DNA from: Planctomycetaceae bacterium
GTDB taxonomy: Bacteria; Planctomycetota; Planctomycetia; Pirellulales; UBA1268
Direction of reading: 5' to 3'
Length of the DNA: 48,166 bases
NCBI GenBank assembly: GCA_005773625.1
Contig: SXHR01000117.1
Span: 1 to 48,166 of the forward strand
Positions 38,201 through 46,875 of this stretch are shown one piece after another. Each line of letters begins with the position of its first letter. The stretch's first letter is position 1. A program made the translations under genes and the position numbers. The notes under the pieces are model-generated. The model saw only the letters and a list, made by a program, of their open reading frames with translations, was not told the DNA's origin and ran no database searches.

Positions 38201-38436
38201 GACTCCTGCCGCGCCTCGTAGACGCGGCCCATTCCCCCTTCGGCCAGGAGGCGGACGATCGTCACGCCGCCGAGTTGGCAGCCCGGTTTCAGTTGCCCGT
38301 TGGATGAGTCCGCATCGCCCCCGGTCCAACCGAGGCCGAAGTGCTCGTCGCATCTGCTGAGGCCCGATGCGTCGCCAACGCCGGCGGATCCGACGACCGG
38401 TTCTGAGGGCTCACGATCGGCGCCGGAGGGGCTCAT
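35224..38436 (-). CDS. Ser/Thr protein kinase with transmembrane segment and long WD40 beta-propeller region
   Basis: Kinase motifs 'VAVKVI', 'HRDLKPGNML', 'DFGVAR', 'YMSPEQ'. TM helix 'VASLAAAGVLLSLVAAVAGISFFF'. More than 12 WD40 units, e.g. 'GHxxxVxxxxFSPDGxxxATxxxDxTARxWD'. Confidence 0.9.
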   Translation of the reverse strand: MSPSGADREPSEPVVGSAGVGDASGLSRCDEHFGLGWTGGDADSSNGQLKPGCQLGGVTIVRLLAEGGMGRVYEARQESPVRSVAVKVIRGGLASAALARRFEYEAQVLARLRHPNIAQIHTFGVHVDASGTVPFFVMELVEDARTIIEHVRMHAVPMRDRVLLFRKICGAVAHGHRKGVIHRDLKPGNMLVDGDGEPKVIDFGVARSIDAEPGEATAMTRAGDVIGTLRYMSPEQFGVDEGDVDARTDVYALGLVLHELISGTLPYDVSGKSVVEVARILGDPAGVPLDAVESAARAGRLGRIDARTLATITGKCLEKRAADRYSTAVELEADLDRWLAGEPILARPPTSWETLMRLARRHRVASLAAAGVLLSLVAAVAGISFFFLRSERQRALADDARRIAELRESEAERQAALARSQLYGSNVLLAAEARDRDNVGEARRLLDAARGLVGDAGTSRPIELDCVAASLDESLRVLEGNGTTVTAVAWAGDGGRIAMGSADGSLRVQSLDESAPAADALVLPGHAGCVWTLDFSPDGARIASGAADGEVRIWNAADGTLARRFTGHDRGVYAASFSHDGRSLVTGGRDGTARIWDVATGQERRRLEGHKGTVYAACFSPDDGAVATGSLDATARVWDVARGEVRCTLRGHGGRVFDVEFAPDGRTVATASEDGSARLWNAVDGGQGLELRHPFRVNALSFVGDGGRLATASGDGVLRVWSTSGGVEVARLRGHSAAVWSVDSVPGSGSVATGSADGTARTWDVDFAVSSRMACGDKVLAVGCSPDGRLVATGLADSTIRLWDAATLLPRGLLDGAVGRVSAVRFLDDGRRVAGGCDDGGVRIWALDDLEQEAPIEQHERRIYSIDVSSDGRLMATAADDRTARLWDLKASRPHGPPLKHPRRPFCAAFSPDGTLVATACEDRVARLWRVADGVEQRQFRGHEGPVNWVAFSADGSLLATAGSDGAVRLWHVADGMSAGVLTGPAHQVWKVAFSPDGRRIAAASADGTARIWDVATGRATPALRGHGDQVWGIAFAPDGKSLFTGSWDGTARIWGVAVAEIARLRAAER

Positions 38437-38911
38437 CCCTCCGTTATACCGCCGAGAAGTGGCCCCCCGGACACCACGGAACTCCTGCTAACAAACCTCG
38501 CCCGGCCCCTCGGAGGAAGTGACGGCGGACCGGCGGTAGGACTTTTCCAACAGGGCATCCCGGGCACGCGTAATCCGCTGAACGCGACCAACGGTGCCGG
38601 CCGACTGATCGGACCCTCCAAGCAACCGCCACCGCCGGAGACGAATGTGCGCGGCCAGGATAATCCGGACCGGATCGACTTCCCCGGCGGGTAATCCAAG
38701 CACCCGACGGGCCGAATCCGCTGACGGAAATCGCGCACGCACCCGCAGCGAGGACGGAGCAGTTCCGGCACCCTGATCGAATAATTTCATGACTCTTGAA
38801 GCCCGTTTCCCACGACGCACTCCCTCTGCCTGTTTAGACGAGCGGGAGCCTGCAGAAGGGCAAAAAAATCTTTTAGACTCCTGCGGAGCAGGCTCTCGGC
38901 GAGGAACGGCC

Positions 38912-39535
38912 ATGGACACGGATGACTCAATCGCGTTCGAAATCGCCTCCTGCCTCGATCGTCTCGCCGCCGGTGACCTGGCCGCCCGCGACACCATCCT
39001 CGAGATCTGCAGCAGCCGGCTGCGGGCCCTCGCCAGCCGGATGCTCACGCGGTTTCCCAACGTCCGCCGCTGGGACGACACCGACGATGTCTTCCAGAAT
39101 GCGGCGATGCGACTGCACCGCGCGCTGGGGCAGATGCGGCTCGAATCGCCACGGTCGGTGATGGCACTGGCGGCGACGCAGATTCACCGTGAGCTCATCG
39201 ACCTCGCCCGCCACCATGCCGGCCCCATGTCATTTGCCGCCAATCACGCGTCGAGTTTCCCGCGACCGACCAGCGACGACGGTGCGGCGGCGGCTCAGCC
39301 GATCGAGGGCGTGGAACATCCCACGGAGGAACTCGACCGCTGGACGCTCTTTCACGAGGCGATCGGCAACCTCTGCGACGATCACCGGGAGGTCTTCCAG
39401 CTCGTCTGGTATCTCGGGGCCGATCAGAAGACGATCGCCGCGCTCCTCGACGTCTCCGAAAGGACCGTGAAGAGCCGCTGGCGTGAGGCCCGCGAGACGG
39501 TGCGGGCCGCGCTCGACGGCCATCGGCCCGAGTGA
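38912..39535 (+). CDS. ECF-type sigma factor, divergent from the WD40 kinase
   Basis: 'RWDDTDDVFQNAAMRLHRAL' (region 2-like) and 'DHREVFQLVWYLGADQKTIAALLDVSERTVKSRWREARETV' (region 4 HTH). ATG at 38912. Confidence 0.8.
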   Translation: MDTDDSIAFEIASCLDRLAAGDLAARDTILEICSSRLRALASRMLTRFPNVRRWDDTDDVFQNAAMRLHRALGQMRLESPRSVMALAATQIHRELIDLARHHAGPMSFAANHASSFPRPTSDDGAAAAQPIEGVEHPTEELDRWTLFHEAIGNLCDDHREVFQLVWYLGADQKTIAALLDVSERTVKSRWREARETVRAALDGHRPE

Positions 39536-39554
39536 CCGGCGGACCGGGGCCCGC

Positions 39555-40241
39555 TCAGGGTGATTCCGCGGCGGCGACCGGCCTCCAGCGGATGCCGCGG
39601 ACCTCGCCCGTCGTGGCGTAGGTGGCGATTCCCAGCGGCTTCGAGGGCATCACCTCGTCGCGGATCGAGATTCGGCGACCCGTGGTGTCTTGATCGATGA
39701 TCGATTCCCCGTCCAGAAAGCACTCGATCCGACCCCGGGTCACCCGCACCTTCACGCCGTACCAGCGTCCCTTCTCGAAGACGCGGGTGTCGGTCGTCTC
39801 GTTGTCGGCCGCATCCCGGCCATCGATGCTCGACAGCCCGGTGACGGCGCCTCCCCATCCGCCGAGGATCAGGCTGCAGGAATCGTCCCCCACGGGAAAC
39901 GTGAGACCGCAGAAGAAGTCGCTCCCTTCGACCCGCCGGGCGTCGAGGGTGAGCTCGTAGTCGAGCCGCGGAAAGTCACCCGACCAGGTGATGCCGCTCA
40001 TGTCGCCCCCCCTGGGGATCCGGATGACGCCATCGGCCACGGTCGGCTCCCCCTCGGCGCCGAACGGCGTCTGCTTCCAGGCACCGAGGGCCCGGCCGTC
40101 GAAGAGCGACTGCCAGCCCGGCTCATCGGCCGCCGGCGGCGACGCGTCGGCGGCGATCGCACCGGCGGCGATTCCCAGCGGGATGATCAGCGCCAGCAGC
40201 GGGCTGACCAGACGGATCGGCAAGCGTCCTGCAGCGTGCAT
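39555..40241 (-). CDS. DUF1080 (3-keto-disaccharide hydrolase-like, concanavalin-type) secreted protein
   Basis: Signal peptide then 'GWQSLFDGRALGAWK', the usual DUF1080 opening, and 'RIECFLDG'. The ATG at 40241 overlaps the upstream stop (TGATG). Confidence 0.7.
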   Translation of the reverse strand: MHAAGRLPIRLVSPLLALIIPLGIAAGAIAADASPPAADEPGWQSLFDGRALGAWKQTPFGAEGEPTVADGVIRIPRGGDMSGITWSGDFPRLDYELTLDARRVEGSDFFCGLTFPVGDDSCSLILGGWGGAVTGLSSIDGRDAADNETTDTRVFEKGRWYGVKVRVTRGRIECFLDGESIIDQDTTGRRISIRDEVMPSKPLGIATYATTGEVRGIRWRPVAAAESP

Positions 40242-41353
40242 CAGGGCGTCGCGGTCGCTTCCGCGCCGAACTCCCGCGCGATCTTCCCGGCTTTTTCGGC
40301 GTAGGTCGAACCGGGATACAGTTCCTGCACCGACCCGGCGAGCTCCCGAACCTGCTTCCGAACCGCGGTCGGCACCCTCGCGAGAACGTCGGGGCCGGCA
40401 ATCTCCGCGACGCCCAGCGTCTTCAGGATTTTCTCCCGCATCGATTCGAGCACGGCACACTGCTGCGCCGACTTCACGGCGTCGGTGAAGGCCTTGTCCT
40501 TCTTCCACTCGCGGATGAGCTTCTTCGCCTCCGTGCCGACGTCGGTGCCCTTGAAATCGACCGCGGACCGCTGCAGGAGGTTTGCGGCGGCCACGGGATC
40601 CGACGACTTCGCGGCGATCGCCCGGTCGAGCGACTGCCGGGCATGGGCCTCGAGTTTGCCGATCACGAATCGCGCCTCGTCGGCCAGCTCCTCGTCTTTC
40701 GACGTCGTCAGTTCCTTCATCTTGCGGAATACGGTGGGAATGACGGACTCATCTTTCAGGGTCGTCGCCAGCGAGGCGAGCTTGACGAGTTGCCTGCCCT
40801 CCAGAAGCGGCGGCGGTGCGGCCTTGAGGGCTTCCACGACGGCGTTGTGCGCCTCACCGGGTGCTCCACGGAAAACGCATTTGCCGGTGTGGTCGAAGAC
40901 CATGCAGTGGGGAATCCCCCTGAAGTCCATGCCGCCGGCCACGTTGGCGTTCTCGACGATGGGGAACGTGACCCCGAGGGCATCGACCGTCTTCTTGATT
41001 TCGGCGGGCGGACCTCCCTGGGCATGCGCGCCCACGACGACGAGGCCTTTTCCGGAGAACGACCGGTGAAGCTCCTCCAACTTCGGCATGCTGGCGATGC
41101 ACGGCGGGCAGTGCACGCCCCAGAAATCGAGCACGACCACCTGGCGGGCGAACGCCTGCGGGGCCAGCGGCGGCCCGGATACCTGCGGGCCGAGCTGGAT
41201 GCCGGCCACGGAGATGTCCATGTTTTGAGCGACTGCCACGCCCGCCGACCCGAGGAGGCAGGCTCCCCAGGCCGCGACCACCACCAACCAACGAGCCCGC
41301 GTGCTCGGTGCCGGGGGACGGAGGGAACAACGCATCGTGTCGCGACCGCTCAT
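40241..41353 (-). CDS. thioredoxin-fold redoxin (TlpA/ResA-like) with C-terminal helical domain, secreted
   Basis: 'VVVLDFWGVHCPPCIASMPKLEEL' CxxC motif. Signal-like N-terminus 'WLVVVAAWGACLLGSAGVAVA'. Confidence 0.75.
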   Translation of the reverse strand: MSGRDTMRCSLRPPAPSTRARWLVVVAAWGACLLGSAGVAVAQNMDISVAGIQLGPQVSGPPLAPQAFARQVVVLDFWGVHCPPCIASMPKLEELHRSFSGKGLVVVGAHAQGGPPAEIKKTVDALGVTFPIVENANVAGGMDFRGIPHCMVFDHTGKCVFRGAPGEAHNAVVEALKAAPPPLLEGRQLVKLASLATTLKDESVIPTVFRKMKELTTSKDEELADEARFVIGKLEAHARQSLDRAIAAKSSDPVAAANLLQRSAVDFKGTDVGTEAKKLIREWKKDKAFTDAVKSAQQCAVLESMREKILKTLGVAEIAGPDVLARVPTAVRKQVRELAGSVQELYPGSTYAEKAGKIAREFGAEATATP

Positions 41354-41459
41354 GCGGGGGGTTTCCAGGAACAGGCCGTTGCCGGGAAGAGAGCAACGCT
41401 CGTGGGGAGGGAATCGGCAGCGTTCGCCGCCCGGTGACCCCGGCCGCGGAGCACGAAGT

Positions 41460-43589
41460 TTAGCGTCCCGCGGGAACCGTCGCCAATACTTCTTTCACGA
41501 GGCTTTCCGCCCGGTAGACCCTGCGGAGCGCGGCGAGGATTCCGGTGGCATCGACCGAGATCGCTCGGGCACGTCGGTCGTCGTAGGCGACGTCGAGCAC
41601 CAGCGACTCGATGTTGCCGTCGAAGATCACGCCCACGAGCCGGCCGTGGCGGTCCACGACGGGGCTCCCCGAGTTGCCGCCGATGATGTCGGCGGTCGAG
41701 GCGAAGTTGAACGGCGTCGCCATGAAGCCGGCATCGGCCTGGAGCGCGTCGCGCATCGCCTGCCAGCGTGGCGGCAGGTCGAAGGGGGGCGTGTCCCGCT
41801 TGGCCGCGGCCCGGGCGAACAGTCCGGCGTAGGTCGTGATCGGGTCGATGCGTCCCGGCCCTGGACCGCCGTAGCCCCGCACGGTGCCGAAGGCGAGCCG
41901 CAGCGTGAAGGTGGCATCCGGATACATCGCCGTGCCTTCGGTGGCAAAACGGGCCGCCGCAATTTCGGCGTGCGCCTGACGTTTCACCTCCTCGGCCTCC
42001 TCGGCGATCCGCCGCAGCGACCGCGATTCCCCATCCACGAGCCTGGCCAGCGCGAGCATCGTGTCGGAGGACGCGGCCAGCGCCGCCGCGCCGCCCTCGT
42101 ACAGCGGGCGGCGGTGGTCGGGAGGGGCCCCCGCCCCGCCGGCCGACCGGCGGCCGAGGCCCGTTCCGGCGATCAACTCAGCGGCCCGGTCGCGGGGCGA
42201 TTTGCCCGCGAGCACGCTCGTCACCAGTTCGTCGTCTCCGCCGAAGGCGGTGGCCAGCCAGGTCAACGAATCGGCGAGCGTGACGGCCTCGAGTTCGTCA
42301 TACAAAGGCTCGGCTGAGAACAGCCCGATCTCGAGCGACTCGCGGTTGGAGTCGCGGTATTCCCGCAGTCGTTCACCGCTGGGCTTGGACCGCTCCTCGA
42401 CGGCCCGCAGGATCGTCCGTGCACGACCGAAGAAACCGCTGTTGAAAGCCAGGCCGCCCTCGAGCGCGCGAAGCCGCAGGGCGATTCCGTCGAGCGTCGC
42501 CTGAGCCTGCTCGATGCGGACGTACGGCGACGTGCCGCCGGCGGGCCGCTGCTCGAGGGTCTTGCGCCTCTCGTGCTCCTCCGCGCGCTTGGCCGCGAGG
42601 ATTTGCGGATCGAGCAAGCCGGCGAGCACGCCCTGCCTGGCCTTGCGGCCATTCTGCACGCCGAACAGATCGCCCATCGCCTGCCGTCGCTCCTCGGGGC
42701 CGCGGGCCGAAAAGGCCCCGTAGACGGCCTCGAGCCGGTTGAGCGTCGCGAGCTGGAAGGGGATCGAACGGTCGCGCATCGAGACGAGTTCCGCGACGGT
42801 TCTGCCCCGGTCGGTATTTCCCGGATGACCGGAGACGAACACCAGATCGCCCTCGGCCACGGCCTCCGTGCCCCAGGCGAGATGATGCGGCACGCGGGCG
42901 GGCCTGCCCTCCTCGTAGGCTCGAAAGAAGCAGATGTCGAGGTTGTATCGCGGAAACTCGAAGTTGTCGGCGTCACCGCCGAAGAAGGCGATCTGCTGCT
43001 CCGGGGCAAACACGAGCCGCACGTCGGTGTATTTCTTGGAGCGATAGAGATGATACGCGCCGCCCTGATACAGGGTGACGACGTCGCTGCGCAAACCGGT
43101 TGCGGCCAACGATTCCTGTTCGATCGCCGCCATCGCGGCCCGCCGCGCCGGAAAAGCCTCGTCGGGCGGCATGTCGGCCGCGACGGCCGCCTGCACGCGG
43201 GCCGTCACGTCCTCGATCGAGACCAGCACATTCAGCTCGAGATCGTGGCACTTGAGTTCGTCTGCCGGAGTCGCGGCGACGAAACCGTCGCGGGCGTAGT
43301 CGTGTGTCGCATCGCCGAGCTTGTGGATGCTGTCGGCGCCGACGTGATGGTTGGTGATCACCAGCCCGTCGGCCGACACGAACGAGCCGGAGCCGCCGGA
43401 GTTGAACCGCACGCTCGACTGCTGCAGGTGCAGCAGCCACTCCGGCGTCAGCGCCGCGTTGTGGTCCTGCTGGAGGCGATCCAGCGGCGGCGAGCTGAAG
43501 AGCCACATTCCCTCGTCGGCCCGGACCGGGGCTGCGACGAGCGCGCAAGAGATCGCCGAAAGCCAGAACCTTGACATGTGCATATACAT
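41460..43589 (-). CDS. S46-family serine peptidase (dipeptidyl-peptidase 7/11-like), secreted
   Basis: 'ADEGMWLFS' N-terminal motif, 'VITNHHVG' (His), 'IIGGNSGSPVVDRHGRLVGVIFDGN' (Ser). Three nearby ATGs at 43589, 43583 and 43577. Confidence 0.85.
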   Translation of the reverse strand: MYMHMSRFWLSAISCALVAAPVRADEGMWLFSSPPLDRLQQDHNAALTPEWLLHLQQSSVRFNSGGSGSFVSADGLVITNHHVGADSIHKLGDATHDYARDGFVAATPADELKCHDLELNVLVSIEDVTARVQAAVAADMPPDEAFPARRAAMAAIEQESLAATGLRSDVVTLYQGGAYHLYRSKKYTDVRLVFAPEQQIAFFGGDADNFEFPRYNLDICFFRAYEEGRPARVPHHLAWGTEAVAEGDLVFVSGHPGNTDRGRTVAELVSMRDRSIPFQLATLNRLEAVYGAFSARGPEERRQAMGDLFGVQNGRKARQGVLAGLLDPQILAAKRAEEHERRKTLEQRPAGGTSPYVRIEQAQATLDGIALRLRALEGGLAFNSGFFGRARTILRAVEERSKPSGERLREYRDSNRESLEIGLFSAEPLYDELEAVTLADSLTWLATAFGGDDELVTSVLAGKSPRDRAAELIAGTGLGRRSAGGAGAPPDHRRPLYEGGAAALAASSDTMLALARLVDGESRSLRRIAEEAEEVKRQAHAEIAAARFATEGTAMYPDATFTLRLAFGTVRGYGGPGPGRIDPITTYAGLFARAAAKRDTPPFDLPPRWQAMRDALQADAGFMATPFNFASTADIIGGNSGSPVVDRHGRLVGVIFDGNIESLVLDVAYDDRRARAISVDATGILAALRRVYRAESLVKEVLATVPAGR

Positions 43590-43696
43590 CTGTACACTCC
43601 TTGTCAGCGGGCCGTCGCGGAGGCATCCACGACACCACCCGCATGTCACCAACCGCGTCACCTTCCACGTGCCGTTCCTCCAATGGAGCAGATCAC

Positions 43697-45268
43697 ATGC
43701 TTGCCCGTCTTCAGACTTTTTCCCTGGTCGGCATCGAGGCGGTGCCGGTCGATGTGGAAGTCGATGTTTCCGGCGGGGCCCTGCCCGCCACCGTGCTCGT
43801 CGGCATGCCGGACGCCGCGATCCGCGAGAGCACCCACCGGGTCGCGAGGGCGATGGTCAACTCGGGTTTCACCAGGCCCAACGACCGCATCGTCGTCAAT
43901 CTCGCCCCCGCCGCCCTCCCCAAGCAGGCCGCCACGTTCGACCTGCCGATCACGCTGGGGATCCTCGCCGGAAGCGGCCAGTTCTCGTCCGACCGGCTTC
44001 TCGACTATGCGGTCATCGGGGAGTTGTCGCTGGAGGGATCGACCCGCCCGGCTCGCGGCGCACTGTCGATCGCGATCGCCGCGGCGCGGCAGAAATGCGA
44101 ACATTCCCGGGCCGGACGACCGCTGAAGGGCGTGGTGGTGCCGGCCGCCAGCGCGATGGAGGCCGCCGTCGTCCAAGACATCGAGGTGATCCCGGTTTCG
44201 TCGCTGACGGAGGCGGTGCAGTTTTTTGCCGGCAACCTCGAGATCGCCCCCACGCCGGCCCGGGTCTCTGAATGGTTCGACCGCTTCGCCTTCTACGACA
44301 TCGACTTCGCCGATGTCCGCGGCCAGGAGGCCGCGAAGCGGGCGATCTGCGTCGCGGCCGCAGGCAACCACAACTGTTTGATGGTCGGCCCGCCGGGGGG
44401 CGGCAAGACGATGCTGGCGAAGCGGGTGCCCACGATCCTGCCACAGCTTTCGTCGGCCGAGTCGATCGAAACGACGCGGATCTACAGCGCGCTTGGCCTC
44501 ATGCAGCCTGGCCAACCCCTGATGGTCACGAGGCCCTTTCGCGCACCGCACCACACGATCTCCGAAGCCGGGCTCGTCGGCGGCAGATCGATCCCCATGC
44601 CCGGTGAGATCTCGCTCGCCCACAAGGGCGTGTTGTTTCTCGACGAACTTCCGGAGTTCAACCGTCGCACGCTGGAGGTGCTGCGTCAGCCGCTCGAGGA
44701 TGGCGAGGTGACGATCAGCCGGGCGAAATCGACCACCCGTTTTCCTGCCGATTTCATGCTGGTGGCCGCGATGAATCCCTGCCCGTGCGGATACCGCGGC
44801 GAACCGCGACGGACCTGCCAGTGCACCGCGCCTCAGGTGGAAAAATACATGAGCAAGATTTCCGGGCCGCTGCTCGATCGGATCGACATCCACCTGGAGG
44901 TGCCGGCGGTTCCCTTCCGCGAACTCTCGGCCTCACGCTCCGGCACATCGAGCGGCCAGATGCGTGAGGCGGTGCTGGCGGCCCGAATCAGGCAGGCGGA
45001 GCGGTTCGGCGAGGCGGGCGGCGGCACCACCCGGTGCAATGCCCGAATGACGAGCAGGGAGATCCGCCAGTTTTGCCGGACGGAGCCCGCCGCCGCCGAA
45101 TTGCTGCAGGCCGCCGTGGGCGACTTGGGCCTCTCCGCCCGGGCGCACGACAAGGTGCTCCGCGTGGCGCGAACGGTCGCGGACCTGGACGGGGCCGACA
45201 CGATCGCCTGCAGCCACATCAGCGAAGCCATCAACTACCGCCTGCTCGATCGCGGCCTGTGGCAGTGA
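43697..45268 (+). CDS. comM: YifB/ComM family Mg-chelatase-like AAA+ ATPase
   Basis: 'FSLVGIEAVPVDVEVD' Lon-protease-like N-domain, Walker A 'MVGPPGGGKTMLA', 'GVLFLDELPEF', Cys cluster 'NPCPCGYRGEPRRTCQC', 'LSARAHDKVLRVARTVADLDG'. Confidence 0.9.
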   Translation: MLARLQTFSLVGIEAVPVDVEVDVSGGALPATVLVGMPDAAIRESTHRVARAMVNSGFTRPNDRIVVNLAPAALPKQAATFDLPITLGILAGSGQFSSDRLLDYAVIGELSLEGSTRPARGALSIAIAAARQKCEHSRAGRPLKGVVVPAASAMEAAVVQDIEVIPVSSLTEAVQFFAGNLEIAPTPARVSEWFDRFAFYDIDFADVRGQEAAKRAICVAAAGNHNCLMVGPPGGGKTMLAKRVPTILPQLSSAESIETTRIYSALGLMQPGQPLMVTRPFRAPHHTISEAGLVGGRSIPMPGEISLAHKGVLFLDELPEFNRRTLEVLRQPLEDGEVTISRAKSTTRFPADFMLVAAMNPCPCGYRGEPRRTCQCTAPQVEKYMSKISGPLLDRIDIHLEVPAVPFRELSASRSGTSSGQMREAVLAARIRQAERFGEAGGGTTRCNARMTSREIRQFCRTEPAAAELLQAAVGDLGLSARAHDKVLRVARTVADLDGADTIACSHISEAINYRLLDRGLWQ

Positions 45269-45446
45269 TCGCCGCCGATCGTTCGCGATCAGCAGATCGC
45301 GACGTTGGGCGATCCATCAGGATCGACCGTCGCGCCGAATAACGGCCGTGTGAGGGTTCGCGGTCCTTTAAGGCTCCAGTTGAGGGCCTGAGCGAGACGT
45401 CAGGACACCGTGTTGGGGCTACCACACACGGCATCGCCTTGGCACG

Positions 45447-45535
45447 AGCGAACGACTAAGTTGAACAGCTCGCAGCCAACAACCTCACCATACCGCAGGA
45501 CGCTATCGCGATTCTGCTGCATCGCTTGGTTCGGC
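45447..45535 (-). repeat. attC-like site 1 (distal end of array)
   Basis: 89 bp. + strand boxes AGCGAAC ... GTTCGGC. 77 of 89 positions identical to site 3 by hand alignment. Lies 12 nt after the ParE stop. Confidence 0.75.
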
Positions 45536-45547
45536 CTGCTCGGGCTT

Positions 45548-45844
45548 TTACTCTCGACTCTGCCACACAGCAGCGTCACGGTTGCCCTGGACTACGGCCA
45601 TCACCTCCAGACGATCTTCGTGGACACGGTAATAGACGACATAGGTGAAGCGCCGCAGTCGCGCTGCACGCAAATTCCGCCAGATGATGCCATGTAACTC
45701 GGGCATACCTGAAATCCAAAGCAGGACATCTTGAACTTGAATCAAGAAGGCCTGCCCCAAGCCAGGTCGCAGTGCATCGAAGTAACCAATCGCCTCTGCC
45801 GCGTCCTTCGTGGCTTCTGGACGCAGGACGACGGGCAAGCTCAT
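45548..45844 (-). CDS. ParE/RelE-family toxin
   Basis: 'RLRRFTYVVYYRVHEDRLEVMAVVQGNRD' is a typical ParE/RelE C-terminus. The ATG at 45844 overlaps the antitoxin stop (ATGA). Confidence 0.8.
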   Translation of the reverse strand: MSLPVVLRPEATKDAAEAIGYFDALRPGLGQAFLIQVQDVLLWISGMPELHGIIWRNLRAARLRRFTYVVYYRVHEDRLEVMAVVQGNRDAAVWQSRE

Positions 45845-46062
45845 GAACTCCTCGACAATCGCGCCAGCACCGTTTCCCAAGGTTCAGCGGCCCCAGGATT
45901 GGCGTCAGCCGCTGCGATTCGCCGCTCTAGTTCTTGGATATGCCAGTCGGGAGGTGTGTATGGCGCATCGTCGGGAAGGCTGTCCCAGATCAGACCGATC
46001 AACTCCACCCGCTGCTGTGCGTCGAGGCGGTCGATGCCAAATTGCGATAAGGTCAGGCTCAT
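45841..46062 (-). CDS. putative addiction-module antitoxin
   Basis: 'LDAQQRVELIGLIWDSLPDD...WHIQELERRIAAADANPGAAEPWETVLARL' matches the remembered 'addiction module component' pattern. ATG at 46062. Confidence 0.7.
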   Translation of the reverse strand: MSLTLSQFGIDRLDAQQRVELIGLIWDSLPDDAPYTPPDWHIQELERRIAAADANPGAAEPWETVLARLSRSS

Positions 46063-46140
46063 TGACGATGTCCTCCGCAGTTGGAAGCAGCCGCCATTCA
46101 TCATACCGGGCGGCAATCACACGAGGAAGTCAGCGTAGTG

Positions 46141-46229
46141 GCCGAACGGCCCCGATCGATGGCTCGCGACCAAGAGATTATCCACACCGCCGGGCTTCAT
46201 CGCGAGTCCATTGCATCGGGTGGTTCGGC
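46141..46229 (-). repeat. attC-like site 2
   Basis: 89 bp. Boxes GCCGAAC ... GTTCGGC. Inner arms GGCTCGCG / CGCGAG-T-CC. Same subfamily as site 5. Confidence 0.8.
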
Positions 46230-46376
46230 AGGCTCTTACATAAACTCCTGCCACTTCTCTAAGACTGGCTCTAGGAGAACACGGGATTCAGCATCAGACG
46301 CATCTCAGGGTCGCGAAATCCCCGAAAGAAATGCAGCGTCAACCGCTGACGCCAAGTCGCCTGTTGGACTAGCGTG

Positions 46377-46748
46377 TCAGATAGTGCCCCACACCGCTGC
46401 AACGTAGCAGGCCACCTGACACCCTGTCAGCGCGCATCCGATGGTCGAGATGCCAATGCCACATACTCGCTCGCGCACCGCCTTCGTGGTAACTACGGTC
46501 CAGATGCTACCAATGAGAGCCAAGGCAATCGGTAAGGCGATTGCGAGGATCAAAAAGGCAGACTTTTCAGGGATTGGATCTGCGGACAACATAACGATAC
46601 TGAGCGATTGATACAGCAATAGTACGAGGATAACGGGGGCGAGAGTCCTATGGCGACGGAAAACAACGAAGGCGCTGGTGGCCGTAAAAGCAAGTGGTAT
46701 GGCGCCAAAGAAGAGCGCCGGCACCAGGTACATGAGAAGTGTTTCCAT
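46377..46748 (-). CDS. small three/four-TM membrane protein, function unknown (single-gene cassette)
   Basis: ATG at 46748 (METLLMYLVPALFFGAIPLAF...), outside attC site 3. The longer track ORF to 46862 would read through that site. Lower GC than the core genome. Confidence 0.5.
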   Translation of the reverse strand: METLLMYLVPALFFGAIPLAFTATSAFVVFRRHRTLAPVILVLLLYQSLSIVMLSADPIPEKSAFLILAIALPIALALIGSIWTVVTTKAVRERVCGIGISTIGCALTGCQVACYVAAVWGTI

Positions 46749-46786
46749 CTCGGTGCCGTGCTCCAGTTGTCGGGGCTCCGTCGCCC

Positions 46787-46875
46787 GCCGAACGACAAAG
46801 TTGAGCAGCTCGCAGCCAACCCGCTCACCATACCGCAGGATGCTATCGCGAGTCCGCTGCATCGCGTGGTTCTGC
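46787..46875 (-). repeat. attC-like site 3
   Basis: 89 bp. Boxes GCCGAAC ... GTTCTGC. Confidence 0.8.

Noticed and set aside
35860-38307. 815-aa ORF on the plus strand
   Set aside because: Antisense to the WD40 kinase. No motifs and a shadow-ORF composition.
38488-39081. 197-aa minus-strand ORF in the kinase/sigma gap
   Set aside because: It overlaps the N-terminus of the ECF sigma gene on the other strand, has no motif, and would leave the sigma factor without a promoter region.
45375-45400. GGGTTCGCGGTCC resembling a tRNA T-arm (possible tRNA integration target next to the accessory region)
   Set aside because: The flanking bases do not form a 5-bp T-stem (GAGGG vs TCCTT). No acceptor or anticodon stems could be drawn.
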